A DNA stretch of 64,000 nucleotides from Antedon mediterranea. Its lineage: Eukaryota; Animalia; Echinodermata. A program made the position numbers and the translations under genes. The notes beneath the pieces are model-generated. The model was not told the origin of the DNA. It made no database searches and worked only from the letters and a program-made list of their open reading frames with translations. This document shows positions 43,101 to 55,346 of the stretch, piece after piece. Where the stretch lies: NCBI RefSeq assembly GCF_964355755.1, contig NC_092676.1:16014871-16078870 (forward strand), given 5' to 3'. Numbering within the stretch: the first letter of the stretch is position 1; every line of letters starts with the position of its first letter.

Positions 43101-43306
43101 TTTGGAATACCGTCTGGTACGCTTATTAAGCCTCGATTCGAACAATCTACAGTCAGCCGGCCATCTTCTGTAGTACAGGAACAGACACCTTCCACAGCAC
43201 AAACATCTTGCGTTTTAATATTTTCCACAAAACACAATAAAACTATAAATCCTACGATGTATGTTATTATATGTGGTGGATGCATAATGTCTATCGTAGA
43301 AGTCAT
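22150..43306 (-). CDS. Adhesion G protein-coupled receptor (ADGRG-like 7TM) with LRR, Ly6/uPAR, mucin-like, HormR and GAIN/GPS domains
   Basis: Phase-compatible GT-AG exons: 43086-43306 (signal+LRRNT), 42811-42882, 42171-42248, 41967-42038 (LRRs), 41688-41854 (LRRCT), 41253-41335 + 34440-34632 (LU domain), 32421-33015, 31252-31370 (mucin/HormR), 30547-30787, 29834-29984, 29456-29596, 28958-29173, 28713-28758, 28500-28603 (GAIN; [27 protein letters not shown]), 26270-26397 (TM1), 24477-24748, 24020-24089, 23462-23844 (TM2-7), 23080-23220, 22150-22247 (tail). Confidence 0.92.
26755..28395. repeat. 86-bp tandem repeat, ~19 copies (plus a partial copy 26521-26648), in the intron between the GPS and TM1 exons
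   Basis: GACACGGACT recurs at 26771, 26857, 26943 and onward; near-identical units with no spacers. Confidence 0.95.
31418..31953. mobile_element. Kolobok-like MITE (same family as 2237-2677, opposite orientation)
   Basis: TTAA|AGATGTATTGTCCCTT ... AAGGGACAATACATCT|TTAA. Confidence 0.8.
33970..34353 (-). mobile_element. Composite SINE with a 5S rRNA-derived head (34233-34353) followed by a tRNA-like segment and conserved-core-like body
   Basis: Minus strand reads CCATACTGCGTTGAAACACCGGTTCTCGTCAGATCACCGAAGTTAAGCAACGTTGGGCCCGG...GGATGGGAGACCG (5S-like), then TGGTGTAATGG...GGTTCGAG (A/B boxes), TCCTTAGGCAAGATGCTTTAAC, and a TTTGGAAG tandem tail. Confidence 0.7.
34745..40070 (-). mobile_element. 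Near full-length decayed CR1/L2-group LINE inside the intron that splits the LU domain
   Basis: ORF1 remnants 38760-39946 ([13 protein letters not shown]), endonuclease [59 protein letters not shown], and an (AATTG)n tail at ~34750. Confidence 0.9.
39516..39631 (+). mobile_element. Short HINE copy (with family-internal sequence upstream from ~39270) inserted in LINE ORF1
   Basis: GTCGCGTGGACGCGACTCTATAGTTCACTATGTCGGTC... matches the element at 19204. Confidence 0.7.
41364..41484. repeat. Short dispersed MITE-like repeat; second copy at ~62885-63005
   Basis: Shared TGCCCAAATATGGTAGTGATATGAC...CCATATATGGGCACATCACATTTT...GTGCA(C/G)ACAGAGCTTAA with an internal inverted repeat. Confidence 0.65.
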
Positions 43307-44085
43307 TTATAAATTCTTTTATAAATGCAGTTATATATTCCTGTAATAGAAGAAAATTTAGTGTTACTGTGAAATTATCACCAATCCAGTTTGGAATTGA
43401 AGAACAGGAAAAATGTGTCTAATATAGGCCTATAGGTCACATGACCATTGTAAGAAAGTTGGTTTGACGAACTACTAAAGTAACACTATAAAAAGTGGTG
43501 ACCTGTGCTTGTTGAAAGTAACTTGCATAGTCGTTACGTATTCACTTATATTATTCCTGATTATTACAATATATTAAAACGCCTACGTTAATAACTACAT
43601 GAACATCAACATTAAAGTTCTTTTTAGAAGCCGCTGGAAAGAAACAAACCGAGTATCAACCGGCTTATATGGGTTTTGTGCGCGAGTGCATTTAGTGACA
43701 CTTCATGCGGTTTGTGCTAAACACTTAAACATAATACAATTTTCTCCAACTGTTGTGCACGTTAACATATATTTAATTTGCAGTTAGGTAATTGTTTTTT
43801 TATAATCTATTTAGAATTCACGAAGCACCGTCTGAAGGATAAACACAACAATATTCAGGGTTGTCACACTTGAAAACAATATCTCTGGAAATATCAGCAA
43901 CAGATGTTGAATACTGTAAACATCATCGTCATATATTCTAGTAGATTATTATGTTACCGCGAACATTATAATTTTCATTTCTGTTTTAAATAGACCGCTT
44001 ATTAGGCCTACTACACAATGATCTAAAAACCCCAAAGTTGCGCAAACTCACAAACATTTGCTTAACAACGAGGCAAAGAAAATAA

Positions 44086-44200
44086 CAAGGCCATATACAT
44101 GGCTGCAGTCGCGTGCGCAAATAGTCTTTACACCGACCGACCGACCGACCCACCAACCGACCGACATAGTGAGCTATAGAGTCAAGTTGCACGCGACTAA
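44086..44200 (-). mobile_element. Short HINE copy
   Basis: Reverse complement of the head, microsatellite and 3' hairpin of the 19204 element. Confidence 0.7.
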
Positions 44201-44504
44201 AAATGTACCGTACCGGTACGTCATACATTAAAAGATTATCTTTCACTTGTATTTAGGACATGGGTCATTATGCTTATCATTATGTATTTATGGCAAATTT
44301 ATAAAAAAATTATAGCATAGAATAGCATAACCTACGGCCATTTTGTAAACTATTTATGGTAGTTTGTAGTGTACACTGAGTAATAACAATACTCATTACC
44401 ATATTATTTTATTTTTCTTAATATTCAGTATTTTGAAGATGTGGTCACTGATGGTACGTTACCAAGAACTACATAATGATGCGTGATCGGCGTTGTGAAT
44501 GACT

Positions 44505-45230
44505 GATATGGCTACATACAATATATAATATACATATTATATGGCTACATATAATATATAATATACATATTAAATGGCTACATATAATATATAATATACA
44601 TATTATATGGCTACATATGATATAATATACGTATTATATGGCTACATATAATATATAATATACATATTATATGGCTACATATAATATATAATATACATAT
44701 TATATGACTACATATAATATATAATATACATATTATATGACTACATATAATATATAATATACATATTATATGACTACATATAATATATAATATACATATT
44801 ATATGGCTACATATAATATATAATATACATATTATATGACTACATATAATATATAATATACATATTATATGACTACATATAATATACATATTATATGACT
44901 ACATATAATATATAATATACATATTATATGACTACATAATATATAATATACATATTATATGACTACATATAATATATAATATACATATTATATGACTACA
45001 TATAATATATAATATACATATTATATGACTACATATAATATACATATTATATGGCTACATATAATATATAATATACATATTATATGGCTACATATAATAT
45101 ATAATATACATATTATATGACTACATATAATATATAATATACATATTATATGACTACATATAATAAATAATATACATATTATATGACTACATATAATATA
45201 TAATATACATATTATATATAATATATAATC
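44505..45230. repeat. 33-bp AT-rich minisatellite
   Basis: CTACATATAATATATAATATACATATTATATG(G/A) units. Confidence 0.93.
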
Positions 45231-45679
45231 TTTAATAGGCCTACTACAATCCAATGCGTAAGGGGTACTACAGTGTTCTGTAGCAACATTATTTACTACT
45301 TGATTTCAGTTTTTTTTTAAAATATAAGTTATGCATAATGCCTTAAATAGATGTGAAGAAGAAGCAAAACAAATAATGATTTTGTTTTACATAAATTATT
45401 ATTCAAATTAGGCCTAATGTTTAAATACAAAATATTTTTATTATTGTGTTATTAACTGTTCTTTGTAAATATGTGATAAAATGAAAAGCAAAGGCAACAA
45501 ATATTTAAGAAATACGTGTTAACACTAACAGTTGGTATTAATTTATGCCAAGATATTGTTCAAGTTTAAACATTTAATAACATTTTATATTTATTGTAGC
45601 CTATTGTTATATCAAGATTTTGTACATTTTTGTGTTAGGCCTTTGATTATTTTTACCGGATTTGTAATAAATAATATAA

Positions 45680-45912
45680 TATAAATGAATAAAATATGTA
45701 GTAATATTATTTTTCCTGCTTTTATCTTGTACAATATTATTACATTGTGAGTTTTCTGTTATATATCTAGCATGAACGAACGTAATCAAAATATCTATAT
45801 AAATGAATAAAATATGTAGTAATATTATTTTTCCTGCTTTTATCTTGTACAATATTATTACATTGTGAGTTTTCTGTTATATATCTAGCATGAACGAACG
45901 TAATCAAAATAT
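45680..45912. repeat. ~118-bp direct tandem duplication
   Basis: TATAAATGAATAAAATATGTAG...CGTAATCAAAATATC occurs at 45680 and 45798. Confidence 0.9.
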
Positions 45913-47964
45913 CAAAAATATAACTATTTATTTGCATTTCGTCTATAGAGACATATACAATTCGATGTTGAGTCAATTGTCTTCCTTAAATACAAAATAC
46001 ATTTAAAATGTCATGAATCTACTCAATTCATTAACAAAAAATTGTTTGTTTACTGTAGGCCCTATTCCGTGATTCCCGTTTGTATATTATAAACATATGG
46101 GCTTACAAACTATTTAAAAACTAAGTGATGTAAAGTTTAACAAACTATGCGGTCGTGATATTAAGAAAGTAAACAATTTTACTTACAATTTTAGCACAAA
46201 AATCTTCTCAAGTGTACAACTCTGACATTTGCTTTTAGATTTGTAGACGAGTCAGAGCATGACGAAAAGCAATGTAACGCGAATGAGTTATCAAACACAA
46301 TGTAATTGGAAATTGATCAGTTTATACAGGCAAAACATAACATATACATACCTTATTTGTTACACCTTGTTCCTTCGATTGCACACTTTAGTGAATACTG
46401 TGAGATATGTTCTTATTTTAAACTAGTTTTATATATTCAATTTCCAGACTACATATCATAAATAATTAACATACATAAAATCGACACTATCGAATTAGAG
46501 GGCGAGGAGGATTGTGACGCAGTACTGTATTGTGTTTACAACAGCTTTCATTGTTTCAGGATGATTACCTGGCAACAAAAACTCGGATTTATTAATCTAT
46601 AACTGATACAATAAGCGATCGACGAAACTGCCCATCCATATACAAATCGAGGGAGTTTGGCTCCAAATGGTGTATGATTCACAGGGTCAACTATACCTCC
46701 ATGAGTTAGATTGAAACGATGACGAAAAGTGTAAAATCTAAAGAGCTAAAAGATCGGTCGATTTCCCCACAGAAACAAATCAAGGTGATATTGCTATACT
46801 AAATTAATAAGCCTTTTTTATCTACATTTTCAACAATGTGTACTTGATTTGGACTAATAAAAGCATTAACATGCATTGAGAGCTTGCGTATGCGCTATAT
46901 AAGAATGAACTATTATTATAAGACAAATACCAACATCCAATAGCTGATTTAGGGTGGGACTAACCTTGCTGAAGTGGAACTAAAGTAAGAAAAGCAAGAA
47001 CAGATACCACATGACAAGTAAAGTTTTTACTATTAGATACATAGTAAAAGCGGAACCAATACATATCCCATCGGTAACTGTTTAATAAGTTATCAAAATT
47101 AGCAAAAATATCCAATTTTGTCGTGTAAACAGAATTAAAAGTCAGAGTATTAGACCTATTTTGTTTATAATATGAAATTCACTGCAGCCGTGCAACAATG
47201 AATATGCAATTAAATTAAGACATAGCGAGACAATTATAGGATTGCGTTATGAATATATCGGAGTAAAAACAGGAACCCATATATTGTCACTACTCATTTT
47301 ATTATACGTTTATACAGTATTTCATTTTCAACATTTCTTTAAAACTTTGTCAAAACCAATCTTCCAAATGCCAACACTTGTATGTTAAACTGTTAAATCA
47401 TAGTGACTCAGTGACACTAACCACGTTTCTGAAAAACGCGATGTATAGTGCTACACCAAACTTTAGCTTGATTAAATTTCCATTTATTGGTCTTATTTGC
47501 ATGCATGCTAAATTATTAAAACGTGTAATTTAATTGTAATCTTAATTAATTTAGTAGTATATTGAGCCTAAATATATAGTGGAAATTATTGCTATTAGTT
47601 GGAATTCGTGAAAAACAAAATCCATTTCACATACATAATGTCTGTCATAAAATTAGTGTCATTTGTGGTGATCACTGTCGATTTTGTAAACATTTATTAG
47701 TTTAGCAACATGTTTAAAAATCACTTGTTATTTATATAGGTGACGCATATAATATTACATTATTACAGCAACCGTTGTTGTTCTGTGTGATGATTGGAAT
47801 TCTCTTAACACTGACATCTTCACAGACCATGATTCACATCAACTGTAGTCAGAATAAACATGATCAAGTCTTGTGGTTAGTTAGAGGTCAAGTCTAACCA
47901 ACATTTATTGTTCATAAAATCATTTAGACTTCTATTAGTAATTCAGCACTACAGTGTAATGTCA

Positions 47965-50900
47965 TCATTCAATAACACCAAGTTTCTTCCGTAACTTTTT
48001 GTCCGTTTCTAATTTCTTTGATTCTGGTGCGTACATTCCAGTATAGGGACCAGTACATTCAAACGGTTTATATTTAATATAATGTGGAACAATAAAGTGT
48101 TTTCTTATGATGTCAATATCCCTCTTGAAGTAAGGGTTGATATTGTGACATAACCGTGTTGACGCTTCAATATCTAAAATAAAGTAACTGTAAAGGAAAG
48201 AATAAAACCAAATTGTTAACATATATTTTTCAGCAAAAACATTAAGCATGATGATGAATCAAAATTTGCTGTTAATATTTATTTTTTGTCTGATATTTAA
48301 AAACTTGTTATTTTATTTGTTTTCACCAAAAAAAAACTCAATACTAGTAGAGTAGTAGTAGGTTAGGCCTAGCCATTACAAACAGCAGAGCAACAAAGAG
48401 CAACAAAGGCTATATTTTGTCAATTGTATAGACCAGTATTTTTCACTCTTCCCTGGATAGACAAATACTTGTGTATATTATTTAGTAGATTAGTTACATC
48501 ATAATAGTCAATAATTTGGTACTTTTCGGGAATTGATTTTTTTATTTGGACAAGACTAGTATGTACATGAATTGAGGATAAAAACACAACTGAAGTGGAA
48601 TCATTATACTGTAAAGGATCATTATTATCAATGGGAATGCTGTGGTCCTCTCCAACTACCCATAAAAAAAACCTGAAAATACTTTTTAAAACATATTATA
48701 ATCATGTTTTTGAGGCCCAATTTTACTCAATTGGTTTTGTTAATACATTACTTACTGTCCATAATAAAACTTTTGAGCATGGGCCATCATTGTATATGGT
48801 AGCTGTCGCTCTCCAAGACTTTCCATACCTCGTACAATGGCACCTTGATTAATCAATTCACTCACAACTCGTTTCATGGCCTCAACAAGTGTTGGCTGAA
48901 ACCAAATTTAAACATTACACTAAATCACTGCTAATTTGAGTGTTACCAACACTCCGTTTGGAGACGTTTAAGCTAAAATATCTTTTTTGTAATCACTTGC
49001 TGCCTTTGTATACAATTGAAGCATAATAATATATATTAATTAATTATATATTTAGTTAGGCCTTTTATTTTAGTTTTTTTGGTCTCCTAGGGCCAGGCCT
49101 ATAAAGGTTAAATTTCTAGTCTACAGACAGTAATTTCGGACACATAGGCCTAGGCCTAGTAATAATAATTGATAATATAATATTTTTTAATTTTTGAAAT
49201 TTGCATATGTGTTAACATGTTGAATTGTTATATAGGCCTATAGTATGTCACTTCAATAATAATTTTTTTTCCCTCTTTTGTGGTTAACCACCACCTTTAT
49301 TCATTCAATATTTCATACATATTTCGTTCACATTTCATTTTCGTACATTAAATTTCCGTTTTCTACTTTTTTCGTTATTTTCTGATTTTTACTCTTTTAA
49401 CCTTTATACATAGTGTTTTAATTATATGCATACAGAAACCATAAAAATCTACACTTCATTTTGTACATGATATAATACTGTACATTTTAAAATACAAATA
49501 TGGATGCCACTTATAAGTTACAACATGCCTAGTGTATTCATATTATTTAAACTGAATCCAGGGATTCTGGCATACAGGTTTTTTAAGTTCAGTTTTAATT
49601 TTAATTATGTATATGACGTACACAGCCATTGAATACAATTGATTTTTTAATTGACATTTACTTCCTAACAGGAGTTCTTTGAACGAGCTACTGCTGTTAT
49701 CTAGCTTTTTTAAATATATTGTCAATTTTTTCCACAGTATTACGTCTACAGTACAATAGTAAAACATATGTTTTTCGTCTTCAATGACTCCACAATTGTT
49801 AGATATGTTATTATTTTTCAGTTTCCAGTTATACAGTTTTAGATTTGTAGGTACAATTCTATTTAGTAATTTGTAATTCAACTGGGCAAATTTCTTAGTT
49901 TTTTCGTTTTTCACTTTTCTTTTCCAGACATCACACCACTTGATATCTTTGTTAAAAATGTTATTCCATTTAAGTATGCTTTTCGGGGGTATAAAAACAT
50001 TATTAACAAAGTTAGAATAAACATCTTTTGTCGTCATCTTAATTATATTGTTGATATTGTATTCCAGCTTCACATTCATATATTGGTTCATATTTGGCAT
50101 ATTATGTTTAATTATACTTAACCACTCTTTTGGAATAGCTCTAGTTAAAGAAACATATTCAGCTATCCAGTTTTTCTTAATACGTAGTTGTTTAATTATT
50201 TCTATAGGTTTCATTAGACGACTGAAAATAATTATATCTCCAATTTGATTAAAACCTGCATCTATCCAGTTCTTAAAGAATAGTGGTTTGTTTCTATATT
50301 TAATATAATTATTACCCCATAAGTTTTGCTTTATCACTTCTTCATACTTGTTAATTGTACCTTCATTATTCATATTATTAAATTCAACACAACACTTTAG
50401 AACATTATAATAAAAAGATGGTATATTATCTAAGCCCATGTTATTTTTTAAATTGATATTTGACATACTTAAAATTAGTTGTTCGTTTCCAAATTTGTTA
50501 AAATAGTATAGTGGTAAGAGTTTCCATCTTACATGTTTTCTACACAGTAATTTTCTTGCCCATATCATTTTCAGAGAGTTTATGTGTAATGCGAAATCAG
50601 GCATACCTATGCCCCCTTTAATCATTTTACCGATTAAAGTTTTTCTTTTTATTTTTTCTGTTTTTCCATTCCATAAAAAGTTATATATCAATTTATTTAT
50701 TTTAAAATAACATCATCTGGTACATCAATTATACATGCATTGTATGTTAGTTTAAACAAAGCTAAACTTTTTTAAATGGTAACTTTGCCAAAAAAGGTTA
50801 GGTTTCTTCCTTTCCATCTATTGAGTAGCATTTCTAAGTTCTTTAATAATATTAGTGTAATTAAAATTTTTTTTAAACGATGAAAAAAACCCCAAATGAA

Positions 50901-53688
50901 GCAAAAATGGCTAGCCTAGGCCTCTCTAGTAGTAGACTCTAGCTAGACTAGGCCTAGGGCCTAGTTGTAGTACTGTGTAGTAGTTAAGAGAAGTAGGTCC
51001 AGCAGAAGGCTGACTGAGTTTGACGTTTCCCTATCTCCTAATAGGCATAGGCCTATGGGGCAATGCAGGGTAGGCCTAGCTAGTAGTAATAGGCGAACCC
51101 TAGCCTAGCTAGTTAGGGCCTAGCTAGCTAGGGATTTCGGCCATAAACCGTCTCGGCCAAAGTCAAGTCGGCCCCAAGTCAAGTCGGCCCCAAGTCAACT
51201 CGGCCTCAAGTCAACTCGGCCTCACGTCAACTCCGCCAAAAAATAATCGGTCAACTCGGCCCCGTTAAAGTATGGAATGCAAAAGGTGCAAAGGAAGGGG
51301 ATTGATAAAATAATATTTTTTACCTATGACTTTTTTTTAATGAATATTAATATTTAGACAATACTACATTTAGCAAAAAAAATAAGGAGGATTTCACCAT
51401 CTTTCCTTTATTTACGTTTAATAAAATTAACAAACAATTGATTAATAAGCTAGCATTCATACTATTATTAATGATTACAATATAAACATTTTGAATTTGG
51501 AACATTGTAGACCCAATAATGATGATGCACGTACGTGGGCACGTATGTTCGTAAGTGCGTCAAAATTCAATAAACATGTCCGATATGCGAGGACATTTAT
51601 TAGGTGTAATAAGATTGTTTGGTTGAATCATTGAGGTATTAAATAATGTTAAAGACCCCTTCCATGCAATTTTGGACGTTTTTTGGAAAATAATACATAT
51701 ATTTCACTTTAAAAACATTAAACCATGTCATTCCTTGTCTTAAATGTACGTTTTATGGTAAATTATGATAAAAAGTGAGAAACAATGCACTACAGTACCT
51801 AAGTAGCTCGCGGCGATCGACCTCTCGTGGACGGTCTTAGGCCTAGCCTAGCTAGGCTTAGTTTTGTAGGCCTAGCTGGTAAACATCGGTAACGTACGAA
51901 CATCGTACGCTAGCTATATACCTAGCCTGACGTTGTATAGTTGCTGCATTAATTGTCTTTCTATTTTTGCCAGACTCAGTTGATACAAATTGGGGAAAAC
52001 ACGGTATTTTCGCTGAAAAGTTAAAGACGAAAAAAGTTATCGCAATAGGACCATATAGTATTATTTTTACATTAAATATAGTTTGTGATCTTAAATTAGA
52101 TCTAAAAAATGTAGGGAAGGGGGCTTTAACTCCATGGTTGAATCACGCGTAGATTTCTTCAGTGTATGCATTTGATTAGGCGACAACATCTGAAACCAAT
52201 TCGTAGCTGCGCATTTGGCAGCTATTTCGATATCTACAAGTGCTACGTGTTTTCGCTGACCGGGGGATTCCCCTTTTTTAAAAACGCAAATCATGGACAA
52301 AAACGATATGTACGATAATTTTTCTATGACCAAATGGTGGAACCATGGAGCTATAATATCGGCAATGACATCATTTTTTTCACGCTGCTGCTCTAGCCGG
52401 CTACGTCACACAAGATGACTCATTCATTAGATGAAATCAAGCAGCTTTATAGTACTACACTTTGACATTTTTGTTAAAATGGAAACTCCACTGTAATTTA
52501 TTGGTACCACCTGTTGAATCCAAAAACGGCTGAGAAAAGAGTCTAACGACAAATCCCAAAGCATTCTGGTATTTATGAGTCCCATGATATAATTCGCTGT
52601 CAGATAATCATTGAATTATTATCAAAACAGTCCATTGAAGTTTTTGTTTGTAATAGGATACTTGAATGAAGTATCTAGGCGTGATGAAGCGATCCCCAGA
52701 CTTGACCTTAGCAATAACAATAAGCGAGCAGCGTTTTTTGTAAGAAATATTCTTGTATATGAGTATTTTTCTTATTTTTTTTTTCGCCGTTGCTAAAGAT
52801 ACGGTACCGTATCCATGCTTTTAAAAACTAAAGATACGGTAATTATAGAGGGCGCTTCCGTTTGCTAAAAGTACGGTAAAATTGCATTCCTAAAACTCGT
52901 ACCTAAATATAAAACTCGTTCCTAAATATAAAACTCCTTCCTAAATATTAAACTCCTTCCTAAATATTAAAAACCTAACCCTCTAAATAATCTCTCTTAA
53001 ATTAAAAACTAAAAAAAAAAAAAAAAAGACGTCAAGAAGAGTATCGAACCCCCAACCCCTTAAGCCAAAGCCTCATCACATGCCCACTAGGCTACACAGC
53101 TGGCTTGCAGAAAACCAATGCAATAACCTATTTGATTAACATCCACATTACATAGCGCCCTCTATAATTACCGTACCTTTAGTTTTTAAAAGTATGGATA
53201 CGGTACCGTATCTTTAGACATAACGTTTTTTTTTAAGAGTGGATAAATAGTAATAATAAATCATAATAATATTAAGTACTTTTTGCGTTCCATACTTGAT
53301 TGTGGCCGAGTTGACCGATTAGTTTTTGGCCGAGTTGACGTGAGGCCGAGTTGACGTGAGGCCGAGTTGACTTGGGGCCGACTTGACGTGGGCCGACTTG
53401 ACTTTGGCCGAGACGGTTTGGGGCCGACTTGACCTGCACCCTAGCTAGGCTAGGGCCTAGTCTAGCTAGCTAGTTAGGCTAGGCCTGCCTAGGTAGTAGT
53501 ACTAGGCCTAGGCCTAGCCTACTAGATAGAGGCCTAGCCTAGCCTAGCTAGTTAGTAGGCCGGCCTAGCATACAATTAAATTATCGTTTCCATATTATTA
53601 AGTCACTAACATAGAAGAAATTCAAAAATCAAAGCTGACGAACCCTTTCTAAAGCTCGCATTATAAGAGACAGTTCATATCGAGGCAT
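47965..53688 (-). CDS. MRPS6: Mitochondrial ribosomal protein S6 (bS6m)
   Basis: Exons 53644-53688 (MPRYELSLIMRALER), 48756-48895 (PTLVEAMKRVVSELINQGAIVRGMESLGERQLPY...), 47965-48187 (YFILDIEA...KRDIDIIR...). Closely matches animal MRPS6 (MPRYELALI...GAIVR...LGER.LPY...RDIDVIR). Confidence 0.93.
49270..50850 (-). mobile_element. 5'-truncated L1/Tx1-clade LINE 3' fragment in MRPS6 intron 1
   Basis: ORF 49543-50691: FLWNGKTEKIKR...GGIGMPDF...NLWGN...NYKLLNRIVPTN...EDEKHMFYYC (post-RT region and zf-RVT). Confidence 0.85.
51653..52125. mobile_element. Kolobok-like MITE nested in the foldback element
   Basis: TTAA|AGACCCCTTCC ... GGAAGGGGGCT|TTAA. Confidence 0.65.
52788..53225. mobile_element. 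MITE with ~70-bp TIRs nested in the foldback element
   Basis: CTAAAGATACGGTACCGTATCCAT...TTATAGAGGGCGCT is mirrored at 53153-53218. Internal CCTAACCCTCTAAATAATCTCTCT is also present at ~12578. Confidence 0.75.
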
Positions 53689-55346
53689 TTTAAAGTTTGT
53701 TTTTACGACTAGGCCTACTTCCTTACAGGCAAAAAGTCCATGTGTTGTGTTTCGTTAATAATCGTTGGTTGGTGTCGCCGTTTGAAATGCGTTGACATCA
53801 GAGGAAATACGTTTTGCGCGTTAACTTCAGGAAGTTTGTTTTTAGTATGCGTGGGGTTATTCATTTTTTAGTGAATACATGTAGCTATAAATTAATTAAT
53901 AATTTATAGCGCCATGTTAATACAGTACAGTCATTTTATTCTAAATGAAGAGAAAATTAAAGAGTTCATTCATCAAGCACATTTTAATGAATCAAATCCT
54001 AAGAAAGTGATAGAATAGTATCAGTATGCCTCCTAGGCTATACATATTTATTCATTCCTCCACCATGTATGGGCCAATTAACAAAAGAAGGAGATGGATG
54101 ACATCAGCTTACAATAAAAGTACAAATTACAACATCAAAAATAAATATAAAACTCTTTAAGAATTATAAAAGACCTATAGGCCTATAGACCCTAATAAAA
54201 AGTTAACATTTAATAAAAAGTTAAAATTAACAATAAAAAATTGAAGAAAGACAATGAATCATAAAAAAGCAAAGTCGAAGAAATCATTTAGAGAAGGCGC
54301 GAAGAATGAAGCTAATGACCTTTAGGGCTATCCTAGAAAATCTTTTATAAATGTATTTATTTGTAATGTTTTTTCGCGCCGCGCCTTTAGGCAGTTATAT
54401 TCAAGAGGGATTCAAGAGGACGGAACTATTACTGAAATTGCCATCACATCATCACGCTGAAAAAACGGAACTTGTAAACTCGGACTGGGCATGCGAAAAC
54501 CCCACAGCACGTTTGGGAGTCTATGAAATGATGTATGCAGACAGTGTATTCTGTAAGAAGACCCTGTTAAATAACAATTTCGTTTTGTCTGTCAACGTAG
54601 ACCGGGCGGGTAGCCTATTGAATAATTGTCCAAAAAATCCTTCTTCGGGTAAATTTTGGCGAATGGTGGTGTAAATGAACTTTTGTTTGATTAGTGAGTA
54701 GGCCTACGATTGTTGGCGACTAGAAATTATAATTTTGTTTACTGGTTGGGGTAATGTGGGGACCCAACCCGAGCCGGAATATGTACAGTATAGTATAACT
54801 TAGGATTATATATTTGTTCTGAGTAGGCCACGGTCGACTTTGTTCATTTCAGATTGTTTACTACTGCCATCGTTAACACAAATAATTGATAATAAAATCA
54901 TCATTTCTTAAATTAGCAAATAGAATACCTATAAAAAAAAAGCATGAATAAAGAAAGAACAGTAAACTATTACGTCAAAATTTGAATGGCGTTTTTTGTA
55001 AGAAATATTTCTTGTTTATAATGATTTTCCAAATAAATTCAAATCAAATATAGTTTGACGGATGATCACAAATGTACACGCATTTAAAAAGGCATTCTTT
55101 CATTTTATGCAAAACATCAGTGCGCAGGCGTAACCAAATACTGCAACAACATTTTTTTTTAAATAAATAAAACATTCTTCTTCTTATATCAAATTTTACA
55201 TTTTTAATGTGTCATAAATTAAAAGAAAATATAAAACATTTACAATTAGCTTAAATGAAGCAATACAAAAACGTTACAGTAATTAAAACCCAAAATATAA
55301 ATACTATTGGTTTAGTGGCTCGCTCGGACGTGAAAAAACTAAAAAC
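53689..55346. promoter_or_regulatory. Putative bidirectional promoter region between MRPS6 and ATP5PO
   Basis: Divergent start codons ~1.66 kb apart; locally CpG-containing patches; NRF1-like TGCGCAGGCG at ~55121. Function is inferred. Confidence 0.5.

Larger units (their letters stand above)
51132..53440. mobile_element. MULE-like foldback element with 16-bp subterminal tandem repeats, carrying nested MITEs
   Basis: AAGTCAA(G/C)TCGGCC(C/T)C repeats at the left end and their reverse complement at the right end; CTAGCTAG duplicated at 51124-51131 and 53441-53448. Confidence 0.75.

Noticed and set aside
44611-45254. ORFs with YIICSHIICIL repeats
   Set aside because: Translation of a 33-bp minisatellite.
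48896-53643. Nested SLC5A3-like gene in MRPS6 intron 1, as in vertebrates
   Set aside because: The only long ORF is an L1/Tx1 fragment; no transporter-like sequence.
54351-54674. 107-aa ORF between MRPS6 and ATP5PO
   Set aside because: No recognisable domain or supporting exon structure; probably promoter or repeat sequence.
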